Of a DNA stretch of 64,000 nucleotides, positions 1 to 8,797 are shown piece by piece (position 1 is the stretch's first letter; each line of letters starts with the position of its first letter). The stretch is from an uncultured Acidimicrobiales bacterium (GTDB taxonomy: Bacteria > Actinomycetota > Acidimicrobiia > Acidimicrobiales > SZUA-35): assembly GCA_963803875.1 (NCBI GenBank), contig CAWDOA010000014.1, positions 48,625 to 112,624 on the forward strand, read 5' to 3'. The position numbers and the translations under genes were made by a program. The notes under the pieces were generated by a model that saw only the letters and a list, made by a program, of their open reading frames with translations, did no database searches and had not been told where the DNA came from.

Positions 1-50
1 GGCTGGTCAGGACAGGCCACTGTGAGTGTTGACGAATACCCAGTATTCAG

Positions 51-124
51 TGGGCGTTGAGGGACTCGAACCCCCGACCCTCTCGGTGTAAACGAGATGC
101 TCTAGCCAACTGAGCTAAACGCCC
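51..124 (-). tRNA. tRNA-Val (anticodon TAC)
   Basis: Reverse complement folds as a 74-nt cloverleaf: acceptor GGGCGTT/AACGCCC, D arm GCTC-AGTTGGCTA-GAGC, anticodon arm TCTCG-TTTACAC-CGAGA, T arm GGGGG-TTCGAGT-CCCTC, discriminator A. Confidence 0.9.
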
Positions 125-152
125 TTCCAAGGGAAATATGAGGCTACCGCAG

Positions 153-875
153 TCAGTTGTGCTTCAGCGCCGTTTGGATGTCGGCCAGGAGCTCCGGCGT
201 CGCCGCCACGATCGGGCCTCTCCGGGCTTCTGTCTCGAGCACGAGCAACTCATCGTCGTTCAGCTCCCCGACCGAACAACCCGATTCAGTGCAGAACAGC
301 AACGCCCCCAGGTAGTCCCACACACCATGGGCAGCATCCACATCGATGAACGCGTCGAACGAGCCAGTGGCTACCGCACAGAGATCCAGGGCGGCGGCTC
401 CGTAGGTGCGGTACTGCCGCCACCCGAGATGTCGTTCGGGATAACCGGACAGTGCGACGATGGCGTCAGAAAGCGACGTGCAGCCCGATGGCGACTGCTC
501 AGTCCCCTCACCTCGCACGGCGACAAACCGATCTCCCAGAGCAAGGTTGTAGACACCGCTTGCCAACAGACCGTCGGCGTCCACCGCGCACAGGCTGGTG
601 GCGAACCAGGGAAGATCCCGGGCCGCATTGGTCGACCCGTCGATCGGATCAACCACCACAGTGATGTCGCCCGACCCGGAGAAGCCTGACTCCTCGGTTA
701 GCACTCGAAGCCCAGCGTCGAGCAGCGGCCCGACAATGAGCTCGTCGGCGACAACGTCATGTTCGTATTGGCCTGGGATGTTGCCGGTCAGTCCCCAGTC
801 GGTCTGGTGGTCGAGCCTGGCTCTGAGATCGCCGGCCAGCTCATCGAACAGGCTGATCAGGTCTTCGGGTGACAA
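153..875 (-). CDS. inositol monophosphatase family protein (SuhB/HisN-like)
   Basis: 240-aa ORF with the IMPase metal-binding motif VVVDPIDGSTN and the C-terminal WDYLGALL-type motif. Confidence 0.8.
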   Translation of the reverse strand: MSPEDLISLFDELAGDLRARLDHQTDWGLTGNIPGQYEHDVVADELIVGPLLDAGLRVLTEESGFSGSGDITVVVDPIDGSTNAARDLPWFATSLCAVDADGLLASGVYNLALGDRFVAVRGEGTEQSPSGCTSLSDAIVALSGYPERHLGWRQYRTYGAAALDLCAVATGSFDAFIDVDAAHGVWDYLGALLFCTESGCSVGELNDDELLVLETEARRGPIVAATPELLADIQTALKHN

Positions 876-881
876 CAGAAG

Positions 882-1469
882 CTACAGGACTTCGTCGAGC
901 CAGTACGGCGAACGATCCAGCATGTACTCCGATACGGCCCGACACCGTTCGAACGGTTCACACAGCGATTCCCTCTCCAAGAACAGATCGCTGAGCGACA
1001 GTGGAACCCGGCTGGTGATGGCCAGCTTGCGCTCGGTGGCGTCGGTAGCTGAGGCGGTGGAATCAATAGCCGACACCTCGAGCGGGAGAACGGTTCCGCC
1101 CACGCCGGCGAGTTCGGTGGCCAGCACCAGCAAGTCTGGCGGTTTCACCAGCGGCGGCATCGCCCAGCTGAATATCAAGGGGAACGCAAAGCCGTCAGGT
1201 GGATCGGCATCCTCTGGAAGCGAGATCATGGCATCTTCGAAGGTCAGCAGCGTGCGGGGGTCGACCTCGAGCGCGAGATGCAGATCGAGCGGTCCACCGC
1301 ATGCGGCCTCGGGATGGAGATCCACTTCGAAGGCCTGCGCCATGCTGTAGGTCTCCACGAAATGACGCTCGTCGTGTACATGAAAACCGTGATCAGCAGC
1401 GTGACCTTTCAAATCGGTTATGAAACCGGGCACGTCAATGAGCGCCAACGCGAGTACCTCCTGGAACAA
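882..1469 (-). CDS. hypothetical protein
   Basis: 195-aa acidic ORF with ordinary amino-acid composition, unlike the overlapping Arg/Ser-rich frames. No family recognised. The true start may be internal. Confidence 0.45.
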   Translation of the reverse strand: MFQEVLALALIDVPGFITDLKGHAADHGFHVHDERHFVETYSMAQAFEVDLHPEAACGGPLDLHLALEVDPRTLLTFEDAMISLPEDADPPDGFAFPLIFSWAMPPLVKPPDLLVLATELAGVGGTVLPLEVSAIDSTASATDATERKLAITSRVPLSLSDLFLERESLCEPFERCRAVSEYMLDRSPYWLDEVL

Positions 1470-1523
1470 CTATCTATCGTGCCAGATTCTTCGGGCATTC
1501 GTGCGCCGCATAGGGTTGAGTCG

Positions 1524-2954
1524 ATGGTTGCCGAGCATTCCAACCTCTACCTCCACCTCATGTCGACCGTGGTGACAGAGCCCGGCCGGACGTTGTTCCA
1601 TCTCCAGGACGATTCACCGATCACCTATGGCGACATGGACCGCCGAAGTGCTCAGTTTGCCAATGCCCTGACTGTTTTGGGCCTGAACCCGGGCGACCGG
1701 CTCGTTGTTCAGGTGAAGAAGTCGCCTGATGTCATTGCGTTGTGGCTGGGGTGCCTACGCACCGGTGTGATGTTCGTACCGTTGAACACCGCCTACACCG
1801 ACGCTGAAGTAGACACCTTCGTGGCCGACGCCGACACCCAACATCTGGTGACAACCCCTGAGCGAGGCCGGGGTCTGACCCTCGGCTCTGACGGCGACGG
1901 CTCGCTAGCCGAACTGGCCAACGGTCAGAGCACATCACACGAGGTCCTCGATGTGGTTCCGACCGATCCGGCCGCCATGTTGTTCACCAGCGGGACCACC
2001 GGGCGGTCCAAAGGCGCGGTGATCACCCATCAAGGTCTTCTCGCCAACGCCGAGAGCCTGGCCGAGGTGTGGCAGATCACTTCTACCGATCATCTGCTTC
2101 ACACGTTGCCGGTCTTCCACGTCCACGGCCTCTTCGTTGCGCTACATCCACTCATGCTCCGCGGCGCACAAATCACTCTTCTGTCCCGATTCACCACAGA
2201 CGTTGTGCTTGAGCACCTACCTCACGTGAGCGTGCTGATGGGCGTACCGACCCACTACACCCGCCTACTGGAGGATCCCCGCTTCGATCGGGCAGCCTGT
2301 GCAGACGTGCGTCTCTTCACCAGTGGTTCAGCGCCGATGACTACACAGGTCCACGAACAGTTCCAGCACCAAACCGGTCGCACCATCACCGAACGGTACG
2401 GGATGACCGAGTGTGGGATCATCACGTCAAACTCCCCCGGGTCCCCGCTTCCGGGAACGGTCGGCACGGCGATTCCGCTGATGGAAGTTCGCGTCGGCGC
2501 CGCCAGCATCGTTGAGGTCCGGGGTCCCCATCTGTTCGATCGGTACTGGCGGCGGCCAGACGCGACCGCAGAATCGTTCACCGACGATGGCTGGTTCCGG
2601 ACCGGCGACATCGGACGTTTGGACCACAACGGGGTGGTGACGCTGTCAGGACGAGCGTCCGATCTCATCATCTCCGGCGGCTACAACATCTACCCCAAAG
2701 AAATCGAACAGGTCCTCGACCACGACCCGCAGATCGCCGAGTCCGCTGTGGTCGGGTGGCCCAACCCCGAGTGGGGGGAAACGGTCGTGGCTTTTGTGGT
2801 GCTCTCCGATCCAGGATCCGAGTTCGAGCCCCCCGACCTCGGTGATCGGCTCGCCCGGTTCAAGCATCCTCGCCTGTGGCGAGTGGTCGATGCCCTGCCT
2901 CGAAACGCCATGGGCAAGGTCCAGAAGAAGGGCCTACGTGAGATCGCTGCCTAG
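1524..2954 (+). CDS. AMP-dependent acyl-CoA synthetase/ligase (MatB-like)
   Basis: AMP-binding motif FTSGTTGRSKGAVITH, TERYGMTE and GWFRTGD motifs, and a C-terminal Lys (GKVQKK). Start moved to ATG 1524 (MVAEHSN...), because the upstream part of the ORF overlaps 882..1469 and looks non-coding. Confidence 0.85.
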   Translation: MVAEHSNLYLHLMSTVVTEPGRTLFHLQDDSPITYGDMDRRSAQFANALTVLGLNPGDRLVVQVKKSPDVIALWLGCLRTGVMFVPLNTAYTDAEVDTFVADADTQHLVTTPERGRGLTLGSDGDGSLAELANGQSTSHEVLDVVPTDPAAMLFTSGTTGRSKGAVITHQGLLANAESLAEVWQITSTDHLLHTLPVFHVHGLFVALHPLMLRGAQITLLSRFTTDVVLEHLPHVSVLMGVPTHYTRLLEDPRFDRAACADVRLFTSGSAPMTTQVHEQFQHQTGRTITERYGMTECGIITSNSPGSPLPGTVGTAIPLMEVRVGAASIVEVRGPHLFDRYWRRPDATAESFTDDGWFRTGDIGRLDHNGVVTLSGRASDLIISGGYNIYPKEIEQVLDHDPQIAESAVVGWPNPEWGETVVAFVVLSDPGSEFEPPDLGDRLARFKHPRLWRVVDALPRNAMGKVQKKGLREIAA

Positions 2955-4492
2955 GGCCGGGTTTTCTTCACCGAGAGCGAGGTCCTCGAGTTTTCCACCT
3001 GACGACGAAGTGTCGCCGGTGACGCTCGCGTGAACGCGATCAACGCGAGAACCACGGGGTAGATCTCCAACCGACCCAGGATCATTGTGACGAAGGCGAT
3101 CGGGATGCCGGCGCGGGGTATGAAGGTGAAGTTCTGGGTGGGACCGATCGCATTCAGTCCCGGGCCGACGTTGCCGATGCTCGTGGCCGCAGCGGAGAAG
3201 GAGGTCACCAGGTCAGCCCCGGTGATAGCGAACAGCAGCGCCGCCAATCCGAAGATCGAAAGGGCCAGCACCAAGAATCCCAACACCTGGAATGCCACCG
3301 CATCGGTGAGAGAATACGACCCCACCCGCACGGGTCGGACGATCCGGGGATGAAGCTGGCGCAGCGCCTCCCTTCGAGCAAACGAACCGACCGCCATCAG
3401 CCGAATCATCTTCACCCCACCAGCGGTCGAACCCGCCATTCCACCCAGCGGCATCAACAGCAGCAGTATCACCTTGCTGGCGTCACCCCAGATCTGGTAG
3501 TCAGCCGTGGCATAGCCGGTGGTCGACACGATGGCGTTGACGGTGAACAATGCGTCCCGCAGCCCGTCCCAACTCGAGTCGAGATCACTGCCGGCGGTGA
3601 ACATGACGATTATCGTGGCGACCGCCACAACCCCGAGATACAGCTTGAACTCACTGCTCTCCAGGAATGCGCCCGGCTTGCCCCGGATCGCTCGATACAG
3701 AAGAGTGAAGCTGGTACCGGCAATGAACATCGACACGATGGCGATCCACTCGATCAGTCCGGAATCGAAATGGTGAATCGAAGCGTCATAGGGCGAGAAC
3801 CCACCGGTAGAAACCGTGGTGAACGAATGACTGATGGCGTCGTACAGGCCCATTCCAGCGATGAGATATGCGAGGGACACCAGAATGGTGAAACCGAGAT
3901 AGAGGGCCCACAATCGGCGGGCGGTGTTGCGAACTCGAGGCGTGAGCCGCTCGCCGGTGGGACCCGGCGCCTCGGCTTCGAGCAGGTTCATACCGCCGGC
4001 CCCGACGGTGGGAAGGACCGCCACCACGAGCACGATGACGCCCATGCCTCCCATCCACTGTGAGATAGAGCGAAAGAACAGGATGCCTTGGCTGGTGCCT
4101 TCGATCGGCGTCAGTACGGTGGCGCCGGTAGTGGTGAAACCGGATATCGACTCAAACAGTGCGTAGTCGATGTCGGAAAGTGTCCCGGTGACCAGATAGG
4201 GCAACGCACCGGCAACTGCCAGAAAGACCCATGCTCCCGTAACCGTGATGAACACATCGACAACCTGGATGCGTTTGGGGATCGCCGTTGTCCCCCACGC
4301 CACCGCTCCCACGATCGTCGTGATCACACCCAGGATGAGCAAGCGACACAGCACGTGGGGCCCGGAGGTCAGGATCTCGACGAAGGTGGAAACAAGTATC
4401 GCTACTCCGGTGACTGCGGTGACCAGGCCGGCTACATGTAGCACGAGATTGTCGAGTTTTCGCGAGCCGTCGAAGGCCGATCGCTTTTCCAC
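2951..4492 (-). CDS. trkH: Trk/Ktr-type potassium uptake membrane subunit TrkH
   Basis: 513-aa polytopic protein with four pore-loop glycine motifs (FTTTGAT, VSTGGFS, STTGYAT, IGNVGPG). Starts 9 nt downstream of trkA. Confidence 0.85.
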   Translation of the reverse strand: MEKRSAFDGSRKLDNLVLHVAGLVTAVTGVAILVSTFVEILTSGPHVLCRLLILGVITTIVGAVAWGTTAIPKRIQVVDVFITVTGAWVFLAVAGALPYLVTGTLSDIDYALFESISGFTTTGATVLTPIEGTSQGILFFRSISQWMGGMGVIVLVVAVLPTVGAGGMNLLEAEAPGPTGERLTPRVRNTARRLWALYLGFTILVSLAYLIAGMGLYDAISHSFTTVSTGGFSPYDASIHHFDSGLIEWIAIVSMFIAGTSFTLLYRAIRGKPGAFLESSEFKLYLGVVAVATIIVMFTAGSDLDSSWDGLRDALFTVNAIVSTTGYATADYQIWGDASKVILLLLMPLGGMAGSTAGGVKMIRLMAVGSFARREALRQLHPRIVRPVRVGSYSLTDAVAFQVLGFLVLALSIFGLAALLFAITGADLVTSFSAAATSIGNVGPGLNAIGPTQNFTFIPRAGIPIAFVTMILGRLEIYPVVLALIAFTRASPATLRRQVENSRTSLSVKKTRP

Positions 4493-4501
4493 CGCCGCCG
4501 C

Positions 4502-5854
4502 CTAATCGCCCACGCCGAACACGGCCCGGGTCTCCGGCAGACCCTGCGGGCGGGCAAACAGAACAACATGATCGCCGGCACGCAACACCGTTGCTCCCCG
4601 CACGATCTGGGCATCTCCATCGGAGGGGACAACCGCCCCGAGCAGCACGTCGGTCGGGAGTTTGAGCTCTGAGACAACGGCCCCGTCGGCCTTGGAACCT
4701 GCGGCCACCTCGATCGCGTCGACTTCGGCGTCACTCTCGAGGAACGTGGCCACGCTTGAGGTATTGCCACGGATGTGGCGCAGCACCGCATTGGCCGACG
4801 CCGTTCGGGGGCTCAGCGCAGCATCGATGCCAAACCTGGCGACGAGGGGAAGCAGTTCGAGGCGGTGCAGCACCGCGACCGTAAACGATGCGCCCTCAGC
4901 GGCGGCATAGGCGCACGCCAGCACGTTCGAGGCGTCCTCACCGGTGGCGGCTACGACCGCATCCATTCTGCCGATGGCCTCTTCAGCGAGGAGTTCGGTG
5001 TCGGTGACATCGCCCCTGATCACGATCGTTCTCGGCAGTTGTTGAGCCAGCTCCTGAGCCCGACGCATGTCCCGTTCCAGCAAGACCACTTCGGCGCCCT
5101 CCGCCTCCAAGTGTCCCGCCAGTCGCGACCCGATCGCTCCGCCTCCCAACACCATGATCCGTCGAGCGAGCGCACCGGGCACCCCGAGATGATCCATGAT
5201 CGCTTTCCTGGACGACTCGTGGCACAACACTCGCACGTGATCGCCAGGCAGAATCATCTGACTGCCGTGCGGGATTACCGTCGTACCGCCGCGAGTGATG
5301 GCACCGAACAGGAAGTCCAGGTTGCGTCCCAACGAGCCGCCGATGTCAGCGACTGTCTGATGGGCAACATCGGCGCCTTCCCGGACAACGGCACCTATGA
5401 CGACCAGGTCGCCACCCATTCGGTAGACCTCGTCGGCTCCGGTGGCGTGAACGAGCTCGAGAATCTCGTCCGCAGTGTCGGCATCGGGATCGATGACCAG
5501 GTTGGCTCCCACTCTGTCCCGAAGCGACTCGGCAGCAAGCCCTCGAAATGCGGCGTTCTGCAACCGGATCACGGTCGTCTCGACGTTCTGACCGGCCGCA
5601 ACGAGGGAGGCCAAGAGGTTGATCTCGTCTTTTTCGGTGACAGCAGCAACGAAGTCGGCTCTATCGATTCGCGCCTCCATGAGCACGTCCGGGTGCGAGC
5701 CGCTCCCTACGACAACCTGAACATCGAGCCGCTCGCTGACTTCCTCGGCCCTGCCGGGGTTCTGCTCCACGATCGTCACATCATGGTTTTCAGCTGCGAG
5801 GCGTTCTGCCAGATAGAAGCCGATTTCGCCTGCACCCACAATCACAACATGCAC
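4502..5854 (-). CDS. trkA: Trk system potassium uptake protein TrkA (tandem RCK/NAD-binding domains)
   Basis: Two Rossmann motifs (VIVGAGEIG and VLGGGAIGSRLA), each followed by a TrkA_C-like segment. 450 aa. Confidence 0.9.
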   Translation of the reverse strand: MHVVIVGAGEIGFYLAERLAAENHDVTIVEQNPGRAEEVSERLDVQVVVGSGSHPDVLMEARIDRADFVAAVTEKDEINLLASLVAAGQNVETTVIRLQNAAFRGLAAESLRDRVGANLVIDPDADTADEILELVHATGADEVYRMGGDLVVIGAVVREGADVAHQTVADIGGSLGRNLDFLFGAITRGGTTVIPHGSQMILPGDHVRVLCHESSRKAIMDHLGVPGALARRIMVLGGGAIGSRLAGHLEAEGAEVVLLERDMRRAQELAQQLPRTIVIRGDVTDTELLAEEAIGRMDAVVAATGEDASNVLACAYAAAEGASFTVAVLHRLELLPLVARFGIDAALSPRTASANAVLRHIRGNTSSVATFLESDAEVDAIEVAAGSKADGAVVSELKLPTDVLLGAVVPSDGDAQIVRGATVLRAGDHVVLFARPQGLPETRAVFGVGD

Positions 5855-5899
5855 GTGACCATCATCCCCGATCCGACACCCAAACGGACATTCATTTGG

Positions 5900-7165
5900 C
5901 TAGATGATGGCACGCATGTGTTTGATTCCGTGAATGAAGCTCGACTCCAAAAGGTCGGGTTGACCCGACACGCGGATACTCGGCACACGGTGGAAGAGCT
6001 CACGGAACATCACGGTTATCTCCCGGCGAGCCAGATGGGCGCCTAGACAGAAATGGGGGCCGGGCCCTCCGAATCCCACGTGGGGATTCGGGTCGCGCCG
6101 AACATCGAACGTCAAAGGGTCGTCGAACACCGACGGGTCACGATTTGCTGCGAGGTAGTTGAGCAGGACCTTGTTGCCCGGCTGCATCGTCACTCCTCCA
6201 AGGACGTACTCATCCAACAGCGTCCTCCTCATGTACGTGACCGGGCTTGCCAACCGCACGATCTCCTCCACGGCAGTAGGTGCGATGGATTCGAAATCGG
6301 ACTGCCAGAGGTACAGCTGCTCGGGGTTGTCGGTCAGGTATTTCATTCCCCAGCTGATCGCATTCCTCGTGGTCTCGTTCCCGGCAACCACGAGGAGAAC
6401 GAAGAAGCTGGCCAAGTCGGCGTCGGTGAGCTCGTCATCAGCCAATTCGGCATTCACCAACTGGCTGGTGAGGTCCGAACCGTCACCACCCCTTTTCTCG
6501 GCGGCAACCTCTGCCATCAGTCCTGCGAGATCGCCTCCTGCTGTGAGAAGCGCAGTGATGATGTCACCATCCGCGGGGGTGAATTCGGGGTCTGAGACTC
6601 CCAGGATGATGTTGGTCCGGTCGAAGACGAATTCGTAATGACTATCGGGAATCCCCATCAGGTCACACACGATTTTGAGCGGCAACGCAGCCGCAACGTC
6701 GGTCACGAAGTCCACACTTCCGCCATCAGCGAGGCGATCCACAATGGCCGCGGCGACCTCGGTGACCGTTCCCTCGAGCCGCTCCATCATCCGCGGTGTG
6801 AAACCCCGCGACACAATCCGTCGCAGCCGGGCGTGTCGGGGGTCGTCCATGGCGATCATGGAAGAGAAGAACTCGTTGAATTCGGGTGGGGTGTCGAGAG
6901 CCGTGATACCGCTTGCCGAGGAGAACACCTCGGGGTGCCGCGAGGCCTCCAACACCTGTTCGTGGCTGGTGATCACGTATGCGCCGGGTCCGGTTTTGAT
7001 GAGGCTGTCCTCCGGCATCTCCGGCTCGGGAAGATGCTGGGGCCCAAGGGCTCGGAGCGTCGCCAGATCGGCATCGATGGCCGCCTCGTCTCGCTTCCAG
7101 AACACCGGTTTGATCGGGTTTGGCACACCGTCGGCCGCAACAAATGAACCGTCGGTCACAGTCAT
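5900..7165 (-). CDS. cytochrome P450
   Basis: Heme-binding loop FGGPGPHFCLGAHLA, EXXR (EEIVR) and I-helix VVAGNETT. 421 aa. Confidence 0.9.
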   Translation of the reverse strand: MTVTDGSFVAADGVPNPIKPVFWKRDEAAIDADLATLRALGPQHLPEPEMPEDSLIKTGPGAYVITSHEQVLEASRHPEVFSSASGITALDTPPEFNEFFSSMIAMDDPRHARLRRIVSRGFTPRMMERLEGTVTEVAAAIVDRLADGGSVDFVTDVAAALPLKIVCDLMGIPDSHYEFVFDRTNIILGVSDPEFTPADGDIITALLTAGGDLAGLMAEVAAEKRGGDGSDLTSQLVNAELADDELTDADLASFFVLLVVAGNETTRNAISWGMKYLTDNPEQLYLWQSDFESIAPTAVEEIVRLASPVTYMRRTLLDEYVLGGVTMQPGNKVLLNYLAANRDPSVFDDPLTFDVRRDPNPHVGFGGPGPHFCLGAHLARREITVMFRELFHRVPSIRVSGQPDLLESSFIHGIKHMRAII

Positions 7166-7359
7166 GGCAACAACTTACTCACCGGTAGCCCAGGCCACCC
7201 AATACAACCCGGCATACGAGACCGGTCACGGTTGTGACTCCCCCCAGCAGCGTCAACGCGAACCTCACCGAACCGAGCTAGCCTCACGGGAGCGGTTCGC
7301 ATAACCGATGACGTCGGACAATCGACCGAGCGGGGTGACATCAGAATCATGGGCGACAA

Positions 7360-8265
7360 GTGAGGAAACGGGCGCTGGAAATCGCCGACCAGATCGAATC
7401 GTCGGCGTGCGAGCTCGGCTGGGTCGTCGGCGAAATGGTGGGTGACGAATCGGCTCTGATGGCCAGATTCGACGTCGGACGCAGCGTCTTCCGGCAGGCG
7501 ATACGGCTCTCGGAACACCTCGGTGTAGCCACAATGCGAAGAGGCCGAACAGGCGGCCTGGTCATCGCCAAACCCAACGCAGACCCCGCCGCTCTGTCCT
7601 TACAGATCGCCTGGTCCAAGCAGCGGGTGCAGATTCGAGCCGTCGAACGGCTCCACACCACCATCGACGACTGGGCGCCGACGGGACCGCCAGGATCGAA
7701 GACGTTCCTCGACATCATTCGTCGCGCACTCCAAGGATTCAACGGCAACCAGCTCACCACGATCGCGGTGGACTCGGTGAAACTGGGCGAACAGATCGCC
7801 CACCACATACTGGACACCCTCATCGAACAGCGATGGAATGGGCCAGATCTGCTTGGCTCGGAAGCCCATTTGATGGAGGTCTACGAAGCGGGACGAGCCT
7901 CGCTTCGCGAAGCCATCCATCTGCTCGAACTGCACGGCGTAGCGGTGATGCAGCGAGGCCCCGGCGGAGGTCTTCTGGTACTTCGGGCGCCGTCTCCGGG
8001 AGCAATTCCACGGTCGATTCGAGCTCAGCTGCGCGCTTCATACCTGTCCGATCCTCAGATCCAAATGTTGATGGAGGAGTTCGTTTCTGCGGTACCTCAG
8101 CACGACGTTCAAGACTCCGGCCCTCGTGTTGCGGAACGGTGCTCGGCAGGTCATCGACTCTCTCCGGCTCATTCCCCAGTAGCTGGCAACGCCGTCGGAT
8201 ACCTCGATGAGGGGGTCGGTCAGGCGACGGGACGCGCTACGATCATCAGGTCTATTCCGGGGTAG
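7360..8265 (+). CDS. GntR-family transcriptional regulator with two tandem winged-HTH domains (3' end uncertain)
   Basis: GTG start. Residues ~1-75 and ~140-215 are both GntR-type wHTH (GDESALMARFDVGRSVFRQAIRLSEHLGVATMRRGRTGG and GSEAHLMEVYEAGRASLREAIHLLELHGVAVMQRGPGGG). Divergent from the P450 gene. The ORF runs 10 nt into tRNA-Asn. Confidence 0.6.
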   Translation: MRKRALEIADQIESSACELGWVVGEMVGDESALMARFDVGRSVFRQAIRLSEHLGVATMRRGRTGGLVIAKPNADPAALSLQIAWSKQRVQIRAVERLHTTIDDWAPTGPPGSKTFLDIIRRALQGFNGNQLTTIAVDSVKLGEQIAHHILDTLIEQRWNGPDLLGSEAHLMEVYEAGRASLREAIHLLELHGVAVMQRGPGGGLLVLRAPSPGAIPRSIRAQLRASYLSDPQIQMLMEEFVSAVPQHDVQDSGPRVAERCSAGHRLSPAHSPVAGNAVGYLDEGVGQATGRATIIRSIPG

Positions 8266-8331
8266 CTCAGTTGGCAGAGCAACCGACTGTTAATCGGTTT
8301 GTCGTGGGTTCGAGCCCCACCCCCGGAGCCA
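8256..8331 (+). tRNA. tRNA-Asn (anticodon GTT), CCA encoded
   Basis: Acceptor TCCGGGG/CCCCGGA, D arm GCTC-AGTTGGCAG-AGC, anticodon loop CT-GTT-AA, T arm GTGGG-TTCGAGC-CCCAC, then G-CCA. Confidence 0.9.
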
Positions 8332-8353
8332 CACCACCCGCTGATTCAACCCT

Positions 8354-8427
8354 GGGGCGGTAGCTCAGTTGGTTAGAGCACGGCACTCATAATGCTTTTG
8401 TCGTGGGTTCAAGTCCCACTCGCCCCA
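8354..8427 (+). tRNA. tRNA with CAT anticodon (elongator Met, or Ile2 if lysidine-modified)
   Basis: Acceptor GGGGCGG/TCGCCCC, anticodon loop CT-CAT-AA, T arm GTGGG-TTCAAGT-CCCAC. The paired G1-C72 argues against an initiator. No encoded CCA. Confidence 0.85.
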
Positions 8428-8435
8428 CCGTGATA

Positions 8436-8795
8436 CCCCTGCAGGGGGCTCGTTGCCACGAAGGTTCCGAGCATCGTTGCGCCAGAGCCGAGCCATGTCC
8501 TCACTCGCTGTCTCGCTCGTCCCTCGCTTTGCCAGCTCGCTTCATGGCTCGTTCTGCCTCCACTCGCTACGGGTCTGCCTCGCCGTGCGAATCTCAAATC
8601 GCTGCGGAAGCTGAACCGGTGTTCGCCCGTTGTCGAGACGCCGGTTCCCGGAGGTTGAACGCGTGAAGCGAAACGGCGCAATGCGACGAAGGAGCGAGCC
8701 CGCTGGAGGCGAGCAGCACGTGCGTCGAACGGCCGAGGAGGCGAGAGCACGGAACCTCCGAGCTTGCGCAACGGGCACGACCTGCAGGCGCAGGA
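8436..8795. repeat. ~360-bp imperfect palindromic intergenic element (copy A of a local repeat family)
   Basis: Left arm motifs: GGGGGCTCGTTGCCACGAAGG (8444-8464), TCCTCACTCGCTG (8498-8510), CTCGCTTCATGGC (8536-8548), CTCCACTCGCTACGGG (8558-8573). Right arm carries reverse-complement-like versions (CGTGAAGCGA 8662-8671, CGAACGGCCGAGGAGG 8726-8741, CGGAACC). Both ends contain CTGCAGG. The same ordered motifs occur at 15285-15665. Confidence 0.6.
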
Positions 8796-8797
8796 AC

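Noticed and set aside
598-1350. Many long ORFs on the opposite strand or in alternative frames of well-supported genes. Examples: 598..1350, 4775..6046, 13425..14495, 15699..16358, 20481..21239, 32239..33069, 40038..41177, 41457..42287 upstream part, 51461..52231.
   Set aside because: Their translations are Arg/Pro/Gly/Ser-rich and low in Lys/Ile/Phe/Tyr, as expected for shadow ORFs in GC-rich DNA. Each overlaps a gene with clear family motifs. No independent motif support.
8354-8427. Calling the CAT-anticodon tRNA an initiator tRNA-fMet.
   Set aside because: Position 1-72 is a G-C pair, and the anticodon stem lacks the three consecutive G-C pairs typical of initiators. Elongator Met or Ile2 is more likely.
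8403-8778. ORFs 8403..8666 (+), 8409..8771 (-) and 8542..8778 (-) between tRNA-Met and rpoD; likewise 15437..15697 and 15574..15756.
   Set aside because: They lie entirely in the palindromic repeat elements. Both strands give similar low-complexity Arg/Ser/Ala peptides because of the inverted symmetry. No start context or known motif.
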